This document shows, one piece after another, positions 41,168 through 52,900 of a DNA stretch of 59,990 nt. Location of the stretch: assembly GCA_905331295.1 (NCBI GenBank), contig CAJNYD010000107.1:1-59990 (forward strand), read 5' to 3'. Source of the stretch: Rotaria socialis. Lineage: Eukaryota. How positions within the stretch are numbered: position 1 is the first letter of the stretch; the number at the start of each line of letters is the position of its first letter. Made by a program: the position numbers and the translations under genes. The notes under the pieces are model-generated. The model ran no database searches. It was not told the origin of the DNA and worked only from the letters and a program-made list of their open reading frames with translations.

Positions 41168-44100
41168 ATGACTTCAGTTCGATTATCTAGACGACGAGAA
41201 CCAGCGAATCTTCGATCATCTATTATTCTCGATAGCGGAACAATAGTAAACTTATTTTTCGTATCTATGAACAAGACGAATAAAATGATTTCTAGTTCAA
41301 TCAATTCGAACAAGCATTACCGATCCATGAAGAACGCCGTCCCATTGAAAACAAGACTCGGTATCCGAACTTGCCTGATTGGTTTGTATATATTTCTTAT
41401 CTTGTTGATTTAATGTTAATATCTAGGCACCATCGGCTACCAAAATCGGCAAAGAAGAAGACTCATTCACCCGAATCATCTGTAACAGCTCTATCCATTT
41501 CACAATTGCAACCTTCAATAGAAAACATCAAGTAAATTATTTCGAACGACAGAAACATCTTTTCATTTACCCCTTTGTATCCATAACCTTGCTTTAATTG
41601 ATAAGATTGTTTCGGAATTTGTAATCGGCCAATGGATATTTTTAGCTGTTCTAGAAAGATATGGGTTCCTAACCGCTATCGAATTTCATCTGTAGTTCCG
41701 TCTCGTGTAAGTTATTACCTTCGAAACAATACTATTGAACATTTGTTTACATTTTGTTTTCTCGTTTTACTTTAGGTTTCTTGGTCAAACCAGAATCAAC
41801 ACAGAATTGAACCGACCTACCCAGAAGTAAGAAAGAATTCTTATCAATATTGAAAGGCTTCTTCGAAAGCATGAGCTGTAACTGTATATAGAGTATTTTT
41901 ATCGGACCAAGAACTTTAGATAGACAATGTTCTTGTCTCATAACTATGAGATATCGATCGGATCCAACTTTACGTTCTATGGCGCATAATTCAAGACGTG
42001 ATGAAGTGACGATTCTTCAAGTAGCTGGTAATGGTTCTACTTGGATTGTGTTTAAAGGTTTTGTTAAAATGCATGGTAAATTTGTTGTTTGTTTCATTTT
42101 CTTCTGAACATTCATTTTCTTCTTTTAGATTCCTTCACCTTTAAATCCCAACGCTCAATAGATGATCGTTTTTGTTTGAAACTTGAAATTAATGGTAATC
42201 TTGATACGACGATTTCAGCGTGTTGTGAACGTCTCTATCGGAATGGCGGTCGAATTGACGATGGCGATAGTTCATTTTGGATAGAAACTGTTGAGCAATA
42301 TACGCCATGTGCGAAGTAGGTGGAAAAAAACAAGTATCAAAAGAATATTCATATAAAATTTCAGATGTAAAGATAGCATTGATTTGCCACAAGCACCTGA
42401 TGATGAGAAAATGATCCCTACTACGGTAAGATTCTCAAGAAAACGCGAGTCAACAGAGTAGGCTCTACTGTCTTAGCCATCCGAGATGTCGAGTAAACCA
42501 ACACTGTTCACTACTCATAATTCTAAACTAGGTAAAGATTTTTTATGAGACGCTAGATTTTGACCCAGTTTCGCAGTTCGAACTACAGTTGAAAATCTAT
42601 TAGATGGACTAGAATAAAAGGTGGAATACCGCAAATTGTTAACGACTAGAAATATTATTTATTCAGAGTGCAACTAGTGAAGAAAGTGAAGCAGACGAGG
42701 ATCAATCTGTAGGTAAGTAATCGAATCCGAGGGAATGACTGAACAACAAATGTTTGCTGTCTTCTATTGAAGCATCGGAAAAGTCGACTGAAAAGAGTAA
42801 GCCGTCCGAAGTGAAATATACATTGCCGTCAAAGGTAATAAGAATCCCTGAAAAATTAGAATTTGAAGTTTATTTCGATAAATTTTAGCCCTCAATGGAT
42901 CTCCCATCATCATCCTCATCCACAGGTAATTCGTAATGATAATAACACTAGTCGATAACTTCTCCTTATAGACGCGAAAAAAGTTCCTGACACGCCTGCC
43001 ATAGCTCCGACAATTCAATCACCCCTGCTTCAGCCGCCTATTTCCCATCAACCTCAAGTTGTAGCTGTTCCTTCTCCTCCGCCACCATCGCTATCGACTG
43101 TTCATAAATCCACTACCCAACAAGGTAACTATCATCTTGTTTCTTTGGCAATTTTTTGATCTAAGAAAATAGTGGACACCAAAGATATTCATCTATTGTG
43201 ATAGACCCACCAGTCTCTTTTTCCAAAATACAAGTCGAACCAGCCATTAATGAATCTACTCTGTTTAAATACGTCAGCGATGTTATGCAACAAGGTATAC
43301 TTATATAGCGATTACGAATGATTTCTCTATGATATCAATTTCATTATTGCAGCTTTATCCAAACCTAAACTTAGACAAACAATTTCACCGCGACGTATTG
43401 GCAATGTTGAGGATTTTACCATTCTATACATCAATCACGATGAAGACAAAGATCTCAGTCTTCTTCATTCTACAGTAAATTCTATACGTACAATTAGTGA
43501 TTCAAGCACATTAGGAACATTGCTATCAGCATGCACAGACGAAAAGTTCATTGTTGTGATGTCAATTAATCAAGCCGAAGTAGTGCTTTCCGAACTTCAA
43601 CAGTACAAATGTATCCAATCAATTTATTTATTATCCAAACAGTCGCACCCACCTGAATCGATTAATGGTTATGGTAATGCCATTGAGATTTATCGAAATA
43701 TTGAATCAGTTTGTGATCATTTAATCAAAGCATTGCGTCATATTCCTGCTCGAGTAATCCCAATGGAAATCACATCGAAAGATAGTGTTTCTGATTTGCC
43801 ATTTACTTACTGTCAACTTTTGAAAGAAACAATTCTTTGTCACGATGATGAAAGTGATTTAAGAAAAGATATGCTGACATTTTGTCGTACTCATTATACC
43901 CATAATCAAGACGAAGTACATGTGATCAATGAATATGAAAAATCCTTTATCGACACGCATAGTATTCAATGGTATACACGCCATTGTTTCTTGACAAAAA
44001 TATTATCGCGCGCATTTCGCACGCAAGAAATTGATCTTTTATTTAAAATGCGTTATTTTATTCAATGTCTTCATAAACAAATTCAATCAATTGCTATCAA

Positions 44101-45313
44101 AGAACCGATCACTGCTTATGCTATTTTAGATGTCGAACAAGAAATCATGCAAAAGTTTCTAGGAAATATTAACGGATTAGTTTTATTTCGTTCATTTCTT
44201 CCCGCAACATTCGCACGACCCACATCGACGGAATATCAAAATAAAGACGCACAACGATATCTAATCTTTTCAATTCGACTTGGACCCGACTGTGCAGCTA
44301 ATATTGAACAGTTGCGCAGCTCTGATTGCAAAATCGACGTTCTGATCAATATCGATACTGTTTTTCGTGTAGTTTCCATTGATGAAGGCGAGAATGAAGT
44401 TCATACAGTAAACTTAGAGTCTGTTTCGCTCAATGATTCTCATTTTCAACAGCTAACTGAATCCTTACGAAAACAAATAAAAACATCAGTGGTCATTTTA
44501 CAATTAGCAAAACTTCTTGTACAGACGGATCATTATTGGGAAGGTGATTATCTTACCGAATCAATTTATCAAGATAAATCTTTTGAGGGCGATGGAACAT
44601 TGTTGGCTGGTTTAGCGGCTGCACATCATCTTCTAGGCAATGTCGATGATGCCAAAAGAGATTTTGAAGCAGCACGTTATCAGTTCTTTAAATCGTTACG
44701 CGCATTTCAATTATTTTTACCGTACAATCATTCACTGCTATCATCTAGTTATAACAATATCGGTAGTATGTTCTATCAAGATGATCATCATGAATGTGCA
44801 ATTAAATTTCATGAAATGGCTCTTGAATGCCAATTAAAAGCATCAAGTCCTGACATGGATGCTGTAGCAACATATTCGGGAAATATTGGTGCAGTTTATG
44901 TAGATCAAAAGAGCTATGCTGCAGCAACGAAACATCTAGAACGAGCAGCGATGATCCTAGAGAAGATGTCAACGAAAGACAATCCAACACGTTTGATTTC
45001 CATTTTTCAGAAAATTTCCAGCTGCTTTTGGCGCACAGACGAACCCAAGAAAGCATTGGAATACTATAAGAAAACATTGGATATTCAACTTAAATTAATA
45101 AATCCATTGCCACATCCATTGTCTGTCACTTATTATAATCTTTCAACTGCTTATGCACGTATCGGTGACTACGATGAAGCTGTGGTATGTGCAGAAAAAT
45201 CAGTCGAATATTTGCGGATGATCTCAGAGAATCATCCAGAATTGAAAGAAAATCAAGCGCAATTAGAGATTGTTCGTCAAAAGCAATGGCTCAAACAAGT
45301 TCTCTCGACATAG
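41168..45313 (+). CDS. DUF4590 + receiver-like + degenerate ART-like + TPR protein, copy 2
   Basis: CLITMRY...DEVTILQ...IVFKGFVKMH/DSFTFKSQR...LKLEING...ISACCER...TPCAKC. Terminal exon (~43353-45313) has WYTRHCFLTKILSRAFR, DTVFRVVSI and TPRs (SYNNIGSMF, TYSGNIGAVY, TYYNLSTAY). Confidence 0.8.
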
Positions 45314-45417
45314 GATTGAATACATGTCGATTGATTGACTGAAATTGATTTTCAAGACTCTTCGCATATTCTTTTCTTTTTCTACCATTCATATTATTTT
45401 AGATAAATCACGAACTG

Positions 45418-48400
45418 ATGACTACGATAGATAATAGACAGTAAGTGTAAAAGATGCGGCAAACAAAGGTTTATCTTAGCAAAACATTTTTCTAGAATTT
45501 TAGCGGTTGACCGATCTGCAAAAAAATCTTCTATGAACAAGTCGAAACAACGGACAGCATCGAGCGACGTAAGATAAAATAAATGCAAACATTTTCTCGT
45601 CATAGATCGCTGACTGCTCTAGAATACATCTGTAAGTATTCCTGATAATTCTTGTGCGGTAACAATGATGTATCTTGGACCACAAATGATAAAATCCAAT
45701 GGTCCTTATAAGTTTAAAATTCATGCTGATGAAATTTTAATCTTACAAGCTCACACTATGACTGGCACTAAGTCGATTTTCAAAGGATGTCTAAAGCCCA
45801 ATGGTAGAAACGCATTTATCGATATTCGTTAGCGATGATTATCAACCATTTTCTAGATGAATTCACCTTCAAATCATATCGTTTGATTGCTCGTCATCTT
45901 GCTATTACTATCTATATCAATGGAATCATTGACCAGCACATTTTTGTTTGCTGTGAAAAAGGCTTCGTTAACCAATCTCATTTTCAGACAAGAAGAAGTT
46001 CATGCCAACTTCTATCGATTACCGGAGGAATACCATGTGAGACGTAAGACATTATCGATCGACTCAATTTTTGTTCGCTGATATTTATGAATTTACATTA
46101 GTTGTCAATCGCATGAATTGATAAAGTTTTTCCCAAATGAACTGGAGCAGAATGATGCCAATCATACCAGACTTACCAGTGCTCAATCAGTTTCTCGATC
46201 GGTGAGTTTCAAAGAGGAATTTTAATCAATAATAGCTGGTTCATTCAAGTCATCTACGATATCCATCAAAGATACGGCAGAAGAGCTAACGCCTGCCAAG
46301 TTAGCTTCCAGTCCATTAACAAAGTCTAAACCAGTTAAAGTTAAAACGAAAGATAATATCGAACAGACGCCATTACCAGATACTACTTCCGCTAAATACA
46401 ATCCGATCGAAGACTCAAGCAAAACTGAAGTAATCACACCAACATTGAATAATACCATATGACCATCATCATTTACTTAATTTAGACATTGATAGACAAT
46501 CAAGGACCGAAAAATGTCAACAAAGAAGAAGTTCATCAACAAGTGAGAAACATAATTTGATGAATAAAACGTGTTAATTGATCGATTGTTTCTAGGATAA
46601 TCAATCGATTGGCAATATAGAAGTATAGTTAATTTGTAATTCTTGATTTTGTTTGTCATATGCAGAGTCTCTTCAACTAGGCATCTAAAGACGCAGCAAC
46701 AAACTTGAAGGAATCCGATCAAATTGTTAACAAAAAAATTATGAACGAAGACAGAAAAAGCAAGCATCTCTTTCCAGAGGAATTTTTAATATCGACTGAT
46801 CAAAGATACGTTCGTTTGTTTGTTTTATTTTAGCAAATATTTCATCAGCAGCCAGTCTTAGAATGAAGCAATTACTGACCAGCTATTTAAAATTGTTACT
46901 TCCACAGACGAAGTCGAATGGAACTGCGGAAAATGATACAATGAAATCATCGACAAATAGTTCAGACCCAAACAATACGACTGAATCGTTCACTTATTCC
47001 AACCCGACAGGTTTGTAGTCTTGCTATCAATCGATTGAAAAGAGATGATTGTGCAACTATGAGAAAAAAGGAGTAATGCTGAATCAACGAGGTTCTATAC
47101 AATAATACTGAACTATAAAAAAAGTGTTCAATACAAAGGTACTGAGAGCAGAAAAAAAGATTGTTGGGTGTGAGTGTGGGTGTGGCTGTTTGGGTGAGTA
47201 CATTTTGGTTGCTATTGCCATATCAACCCATACCCATACCCACACCCCTCAACAAATTGAAAGGATTGGCTTATATCATTTTGTAGGACAGAAGACCACC
47301 AGTAAAATGACCCTGTTAGATTTATGTTCTATGCAAGACCTAACGATATTATTACGAACGCGCACTAAATACCGTACAAATACCAATCTGAGCTCTCATA
47401 AGGGTAGATTCGTTGTGAGGGTTCTGCGTTTTACCTAACTACAGAGCTCACGGAAACGTTCTGAAATACTCCTTTTTTCTCACAGAAGTTCTCATTGAAA
47501 ATCACATTGACGAGTTTCTTCTCATCAGTAGAGCTCAATAGAGAGACGAAAGCTAAAATCCAATGTACAGACTCAACGTCAATGTCGGTCATCGAGAGTA
47601 AGGCAGAAAGTTTCGTTCTAATATGGCTGGATCAAACTATCAAGAAGAACAAAGATACTGTTGATTCTGAACAAAAACTTCGTGCTATTGTCAATTCACT
47701 AGTTACTTGCCATACAATTAATGAAGCCATGGATTTGATCGAACAAGTTCAGGATCAGCAAATTTATTTGATCGTATCTGGCAAACTTGGAAAGCAAATT
47801 CTTTCAATGAATCAAATCGTCGACTCTTCTAAATTGAATTCTATCTATATCTTTTGTGGTGATCAAAACGAAAACATAGAATTACTTCAACTCTCCAATA
47901 AAGTACGTGCCATCTTCGTTGAAATCGATCCATTGTGTGCTCGTTTGAAAGAAGATACAGAACAAGCGTTGAAAAATCTTCTACCTATGTCTACTACATC
48001 AGGAACTTCAGCGGACGAAAAAAATCAAGTGAAATTTCTCTGTTCACAACTTCATCGTGATCTACTTTTCACTATGGAGTATAGTAATAATGCAAGATTG
48101 GAACTCGCTGACTTTTGCTCCAGCGTATACAAATTGAGTCCGGCTCAACTCAAATGCATCCAGGAGTTGAAAACTGAATATCATGCTGGCAAAGCAATCT
48201 GGTGGTAAGATAAACTTTTGAATGCTTTCATCAAATACTATTCATGATAAGACCTCATTGATGAACTGTGTATTTCCTTATTTTAACTCCAACATCCATT
48301 TTGTGAAAGGTCAACACTTAGAGACGAAATCTGATCACATAAAAACACTCGCAGCTTCCGCTTATTAGGACGTATCAAATAGAAGTTAAGCACACCAATG

Positions 48401-49979
48401 GTTAGAAGCGTCCACACACGATGGGTATTGATCTGTTTGAATCTTAATAATTCAGTTTCATAATAAATGGCAGAGTTGAGCTGCATTGAATTACCGGAAA
48501 TAGATAGGCAAAGATTCTTTGTCTTTTAGGTACACTCGACAAACATTTCTATTCAAAATGCTCAACACAGCTCTTTTGACTCAAGATATATCAATCTTAT
48601 ACAAGTTTCATTTTTTTATCAAAGATTTGCATATGCAACTGGAACAAATGCATAGTTTATACAAACCATCGTTGGAATCGCGTGTTTTTACTGTTTATCG
48701 TGGATTAAATATGCCTTCGGAAGATTTCGAGAAAACAATACGGGGCGAAATCACGAATTTAATTGCATTTGATAGTTTTCTTTCGACTACTTTAGACGAA
48801 AATGTAGCCAAAGAATTTGCTTTGGATAAACAGGATTCTAAAAATGAGTCGGTTGTTTTTCATATGGAAATCGATGCTGATCAAACGGAACGTCCATTCG
48901 CGGATATATCTCGTTGGAGTGACTTTAAAAATGAACGTGAAGTTCTTTTCTCAATCGGAACTGTTTTTCGAATTGATGATGTAGCAAAGGAAAAAACAAT
49001 TGATGGCATTTGGATAGTTCGCTTAAGTACTGTCAGTGAAAAAGACGAACAATTGCAAAAGGAAACGCAACAAATACAAAGCACTCTATTAGAATTTTTC
49101 GAACTTGTTCTTTATGCTCAACGCGCCGCTAAAGCTAAGAATGACGAGAAAATTGCCGGCAGCAATGCTAATGTAGCAAGTATGCATTACAAACAAGGCG
49201 AATACGAGGATAGCTTAATTTTCTATGAAAAAGCTTTGGAGGCTTTCAACAACTTAGAATCACCCGATCCATTGACAAAGGCGGCATATATCAGCAATGT
49301 TGCCAAGACACATATGTCATTGAGACACGATGATACAGCTTTAAATTTATACAAAGAAGCTTTAAATATTCGTCGTCGTTTGTGTGAGCCCAATGATCCG
49401 TCATTAATTCATACATTGCATACCATCGGTCATATTTATTGTGGAAAAAAAAATTGGAATGAAGCTTTTGAACAATATAACGAAGCATTAAAGCTACAAC
49501 TGCTATCTATTGAGTCTTCTGGCTTATCGGATCCCTCGTCCATCGCTGTTACTTACATTTGTATTGGTAATATTTTTCATCGTCAAGAGAAGTATCAAGA
49601 GGCACTAGAATCATTTTTAAAAGCGCTCCAACAGCAGCACGAGCATTTGCCGAAACAGCATCCTTTTTTAGCATTTCTCTATAATAATATTGGTGCGATG
49701 TATTATAAAATTAAAAAATATGATCTAGCTTTGGAAAATCAACTCAAATGTTTGGAAATCGAATCAAAAGCACTACCAAAAGAGCACAAAACATTTGCTG
49801 AAACATATAAAAACATTGCCACAACATATGGAAAACGTCGACAATTCGATGAGGCAATTAAATTCGCCCAAAAATACATCGATCAATTACAACTTCACGC
49901 TACAAAAGGTAGCAAAGAGCTCAATGATGCGATGCAATTTCTCAAAACAATTCAAATAAGTCGAGACAATAGGAAGTAA
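45418..49979 (+). CDS. DUF4590 + receiver-like + intact R-S-E ADP-ribosyltransferase + TPR protein, copy 3
   Basis: CAVTMMYLG...DEILILQ...SIFKGCLKPN/DEFTFKSYR...ITIYING...VCCEKG...IPCETC. Linker exons splice in phase (g|gtttgt at ~47010 to cag|ta at 47529) into LIWLD...YLIVSGKLG...SIYIFC. After intron 48205-48529: WYTR...TVYRGL...FLSTT...NEREVLFSIGTVFRI plus ~6 TPRs. Confidence 0.82.
47161..47255. repeat. Telomere-repeat-armed hairpin, copy 9 (in intron of ART-TPR gene 3)
   Basis: ttgttGGGTGTGAGTGTGGGTGTGG ... CCCATACCCATACCCACACCCCTCAacaa. Confidence 0.75.
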
Positions 49980-50529
49980 TGACATTCATTGTTGCTGTTC
50001 TTCTCGCTCTTATTTTGAAAAATATCAGTGAAAAAGACATTTTTTGAAGAATTGTTTTTAGCTATCACAACACGTTTTGATCTTGCTCAAAGATCTCACG
50101 GGGTGCTTTAACATGTCTTTGTACTAAATTACGTATGTTTAATATCTCAAAGGAATAAATCTTTCGAAAAATTAAAAGCTAATTGATTAATCAAAGTGTA
50201 TGTGTATCTACTGTAAATCGTTTGGTTTATTTAACTGTCACAGTTAATCCACCCAGCAGTACTCATATTGATCGGTGATTGGCTAGAATAATCAATTCAG
50301 AAACAGATCGATATATCTCTTGACGAAGCAGGCAAATTAATCTGCTTCTCTCAACTCTTACTTTTCAGTATAGAAGATTAGGACCAGGAATCCATCGACT
50401 TGCGCATGTCGTTCGAAACAGAATTGAATTTTGCACGAAACTTTATGAACCCTTTTGAAAGCAGACCAAGAAGCCTTGTTGGAAATATGAAACACACTGT
50501 CAGTCTTAAGTCTTGTAGCATCCTTCTTC

Positions 50530-50583
50530 AGGGTGTGAGTGTGGGCATTCCAATGATCCTGCCCAGCTACACCCACACCCTCA
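50530..50583. repeat. Telomere-repeat-armed hairpin, copy 10
   Basis: AGGGTGTGAGTGTgg ... tACACCCACACCCTCA. Confidence 0.75.
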
Positions 50584-50594
50584 TCTCAGTATCC

Positions 50595-50835
50595 TAGTCT
50601 GTCGTCAGGATGTCCGTCATATCTCGAACATTGTCAGACTGGATATTCAAATCCACTGTGTAACCTCTTTTTTAATCTTCTTACTAGTCTGGACTGGATC
50701 AACAGACAACACGGACTAGACATGACTGGGCTCAAGGACATTTCAGACTAGTACAGACGTGTTTGTAAGACATCCCTAATTAAGCTGACTAGACCAGACG
50801 GGTATGCAAGACGTTTCAGACTAGACTAGACGGAA
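50595..50835. repeat. Cluster of degenerate ctagtctg/cagactag motifs (probable MITE remnant)
   Basis: ctagtctg twice on the left, gactag/cagactag several times on the right. Confidence 0.45.
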
Positions 50836-51126
50836 GCTGTGGGCATTTCTAGCTTCATCAGAAGCTGCAATCTCAAGCTTTGCAGCACTAGGCCATTAAA
50901 GGGGGAACTAATTGCCACGCCTTGGTAATCTTGTTATATCAGGTCACATTATCGACGAACGTCTGATTCTCTTGGCTTGAATTCAAAATTTTTATTATAA
51001 TGGTACCTCACAAGTCTTCTATTTCAACCGATAATGATGGATAGTTAATTTCAGAAGAGCATAAAACAACAAAAAAAATAAATTTCTATTTCTATATTTT
51101 GTTTATGTCTGCTGTTTTAAATATTT

Positions 51127-52261
51127 TTATCTATTAGCTTCCCACCAAAAATAATTCGCTAAAGCATGACAAACTCTTTTGTAATCCAAAACCAATTGTT
51201 GCAATTCTGGTGAATCAGGTTGAAAATCTGAATGTAGTTGTTTTAGATGATCGATGCCAAATAATAATAATCTGTAGTTCAGTTCCTCAAAATTGATTAT
51301 ATCAAAAGTAATATTTTCAAATCTTTTCCTATAACGTCTTGTCCAACTAGTTGCAAATAAACGATCTTCAGCAGGACAAAAAATTTTTATTTCTGCAAGA
51401 TTAGGTGGTATATTATCAACACTAGACAACCAGTGTCTGATGTTATCGTCATAACCAAATAGTGTAACCAGTTTTTGAAGATTTGTCTCTATATGATTTC
51501 GACATTCTATTATATTGTTGAAAACTCGAACAAAAGACATCAAATCAGAGTTAGGTAATGGAATAGCCACAGCTACTCCATTGTGTTCGTAAAGTAGAAG
51601 AGTGAAATGGCTACCATTGTGGTAAACGTTATTGTTAAATCTAATAGTGTGAATACTTTGCATCTAAAATGAATCATGGATAAAAATCTGGTTATGTGTA
51701 CAAATTAAGCAAGAATATGCATATTGAATTTCTTTTGATGTAAGAATAAATATTAAAAAAGTTTAAAGAAGTTTATCAATGTATTTTTAGTTGTTTTGCA
51801 CTGTTTTGGCATGACAATCAGGCTAATTTTGATATGACTGAGACGAGTATTGTTGTGCCATTAAATGGTACGGTTTCATTTGTAGACACTGATTTGTATG
51901 CTTTTTTCAATTCGACATGGATTTGATTAGCTACTGCATTCTTTTCTTCCGCTAATGATGATTGGTCAGATTCTAACAATTCCATTGATTCTTTTTTACA
52001 ACATCGATATATTTCATCTGCCAATTGGAAGATGAGATCTTCATCATTATCGAATCGTTTTCGATAATCGACTTTGTTTTTATCATTTTCTAATATGAAA
52101 ATTGGTTCACCATGTTCTAGTTCGCCTGTCATTTCAGCAGCACACTCACTACTTACAAAGAATATCGTGGTCTTATTAGGCAGATGCTTTAAATCGAGAA
52201 TTGAAGCATGGGCTTTAATGATTATTGAATCTTTCATCAATAAACACAAACAATCTAACAT
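51127..52261 (-). CDS. Uncharacterised lineage-specific protein, 2 exons (52261-51872, 51663-51127)
   Basis: Two long ORFs joined in phase 0 (acc|gtacca ... ttttag|atg); alpha/beta-like pattern TIFFVSS...IFILE...RFDNDEDLIFQLADEI. Confidence 0.6.
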
Positions 52262-52360
52262 GGCCGAGGCTCGTTTATTGAAACGTGTCAACAAGTCGAT
52301 AAGAACAAATTGAAAAGTAGTGAGACAAGCTAAACCAGAAATCATAATGTTTCATGTTGT

Positions 52361-52900
52361 TTATTTAACATACAAACACAAACCTGGCTCAATTTGTGTA
52401 CGCTTCCTCCACGGATTCTCTATTTCAGATATGTAAGTACAATCATGTGATCGTTTTATAGCCACCTTATCAGATTTCGGTCTGCCCATCATTGCCGAAT
52501 CCGTCAAATTTCTCGATATTTGTTTTATGAGCTCGTTTTTGTCAGAACTGACAATGCAGACTTTTGGATACTTTTGTGCCCATCGATTCGAAGTTTTACG
52601 ACCCCAAGAATATAAATAAATAGCAATGATGGATTGTGATTCGTGAAATTTTGGTATAATTTTATTTCGAAACTTATTAGACAGAATAAGAATAATCTGT
52701 TTCTGTGACTTGTACGATTCGAACCACTGTTGAAATTGAACGCAATCAATGATCGAAGTAATATCGATATGATTTTGCTCTAAGTTTTGTATAACTGTTT
52801 GAATCCGATCACTTTGTTTAGCATTTGAATCGAGCCAAACAAATGCAAAGTGTTTCAAAGTTTGTATTTCTTTCGTTGATATAGATGCAATGTCAACCAT
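52361..52900 (-). CDS. Receiver (CheY-fold)-like domain protein of the type found N-terminal to ART-TPR proteins
   Basis: FAFVWLDSN...IILILSNKF...IIPKFHE..SIIAIYLYS...WAQKYPKV, the same pattern as 47600-47950. It may splice to the downstream ORFs. Confidence 0.7.
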   Translation of the reverse strand: MVDIASISTKEIQTLKHFAFVWLDSNAKQSDRIQTVIQNLEQNHIDITSIIDCVQFQQWFESYKSQKQIILILSNKFRNKIIPKFHESQSIIAIYLYSWGRKTSNRWAQKYPKVCIVSSDKNELIKQISRNLTDSAMMGRPKSDKVAIKRSHDCTYISEIENPWRKRTQIEPGLCLYVK

